Positions 15,946-16,041 of a DNA stretch of 16,041 nt are shown piece after piece. Position 1 is the first letter of the stretch, and each line of letters opens with the position of its first letter. Source of the stretch: a virus (Duplodnaviria; Heunggongvirae; Uroviricota; Caudoviricetes); IMG/VR virus record IMGVR_UViG_3300029877_000022, positions 1 to 16,041 of that record; one strand, written 5' to 3'. The notes under the pieces were generated by a model that did not search any database, was not told the DNA's origin, and saw only the letters and a list, made by a program, of their open reading frames with translations. Made by a program: the position numbers and the translations under genes.

Positions 15946-16041
15946 ACTGGCCCCCTGAATCTCCAGACAACCAGTATCACTTAAATAAGTGATAGTCTTA
16001 ATACTAGTTTTTAGACTAGTCATTGGAGAACAGATGATTGA
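15943..16041 (+). mobile_element. IS2 left end (IRL, orfA promoter region and orfA start codon); element continues beyond the window end
   Basis: TAGACTGGCCCCCTGAATCTCCAGACAACCAGTATCACTTAAATAAGTGATAGTCTTAATACTAGTTTTTAGACTAGTCATTGGAGAACAGATGATTGA matches the IS2 left end as I recall it, ending with ATGATTGA (MID..., the start of the first IS2 ORF). One possible mismatch to my recalled consensus (CCAGTATC here, CCAATATC recalled). Confidence 0.85.

Noticed and set aside
15976-16020. Palindrome ATCACTTAAATAAGTGAT and nearby inverted repeats (TAGTCTTAA / TTAGACTA) that look like a phage operator
   Set aside because: They lie inside the IS2 left end and are part of that element's own terminal and promoter region, not a prophage regulatory site.
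1-16041. CRISPR arrays, tRNA/rRNA genes, integrase or att sites
   Set aside because: I found no direct-repeat/spacer periodicity, no cloverleaf-like tRNA candidates and no recombinase ORF in this window. Absence is based on visual inspection only.

Overview
This window is the virion morphogenesis module of a P22/Sf6-like short-tailed (podovirus) prophage, most likely in an E. coli/Shigella-type host, cut off at both ends by IS3-family insertion sequences. All calls rest on reading the sequence and ORF track and on recalled protein and IS sequences; no searches or alignments were run. On the + strand, a tightly packed and translationally coupled series runs: terminase small subunit, terminase large subunit (Walker A KGGRGSGKS), portal, scaffolding protein, coat protein, a small ORF, gp4-like, gp10-like, gp26-like tail needle, gp14-like, and three ejection proteins (gp7-, gp20-, gp16-like). 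An accessory locus follows with two divergent lipoprotein genes and a close homologue of the P22 Mnt repressor, then a tailspike gene retaining only its head-binding domain plus a short AT-rich start of a different receptor-binding module. The tailspike is truncated at codon 179 by an IS2 left end (15943 to window end). At the left edge (1..99) an IS911-like end sits about 120 bp upstream of the small terminase gene. The best candidates for something undescribed are the two lipoprotein morons, the reduced immunity-I region (mnt without arc/ant, with an operator-like palindrome directly upstream of the tailspike), and the IS-bracketed, probably defective but otherwise intact structural module.
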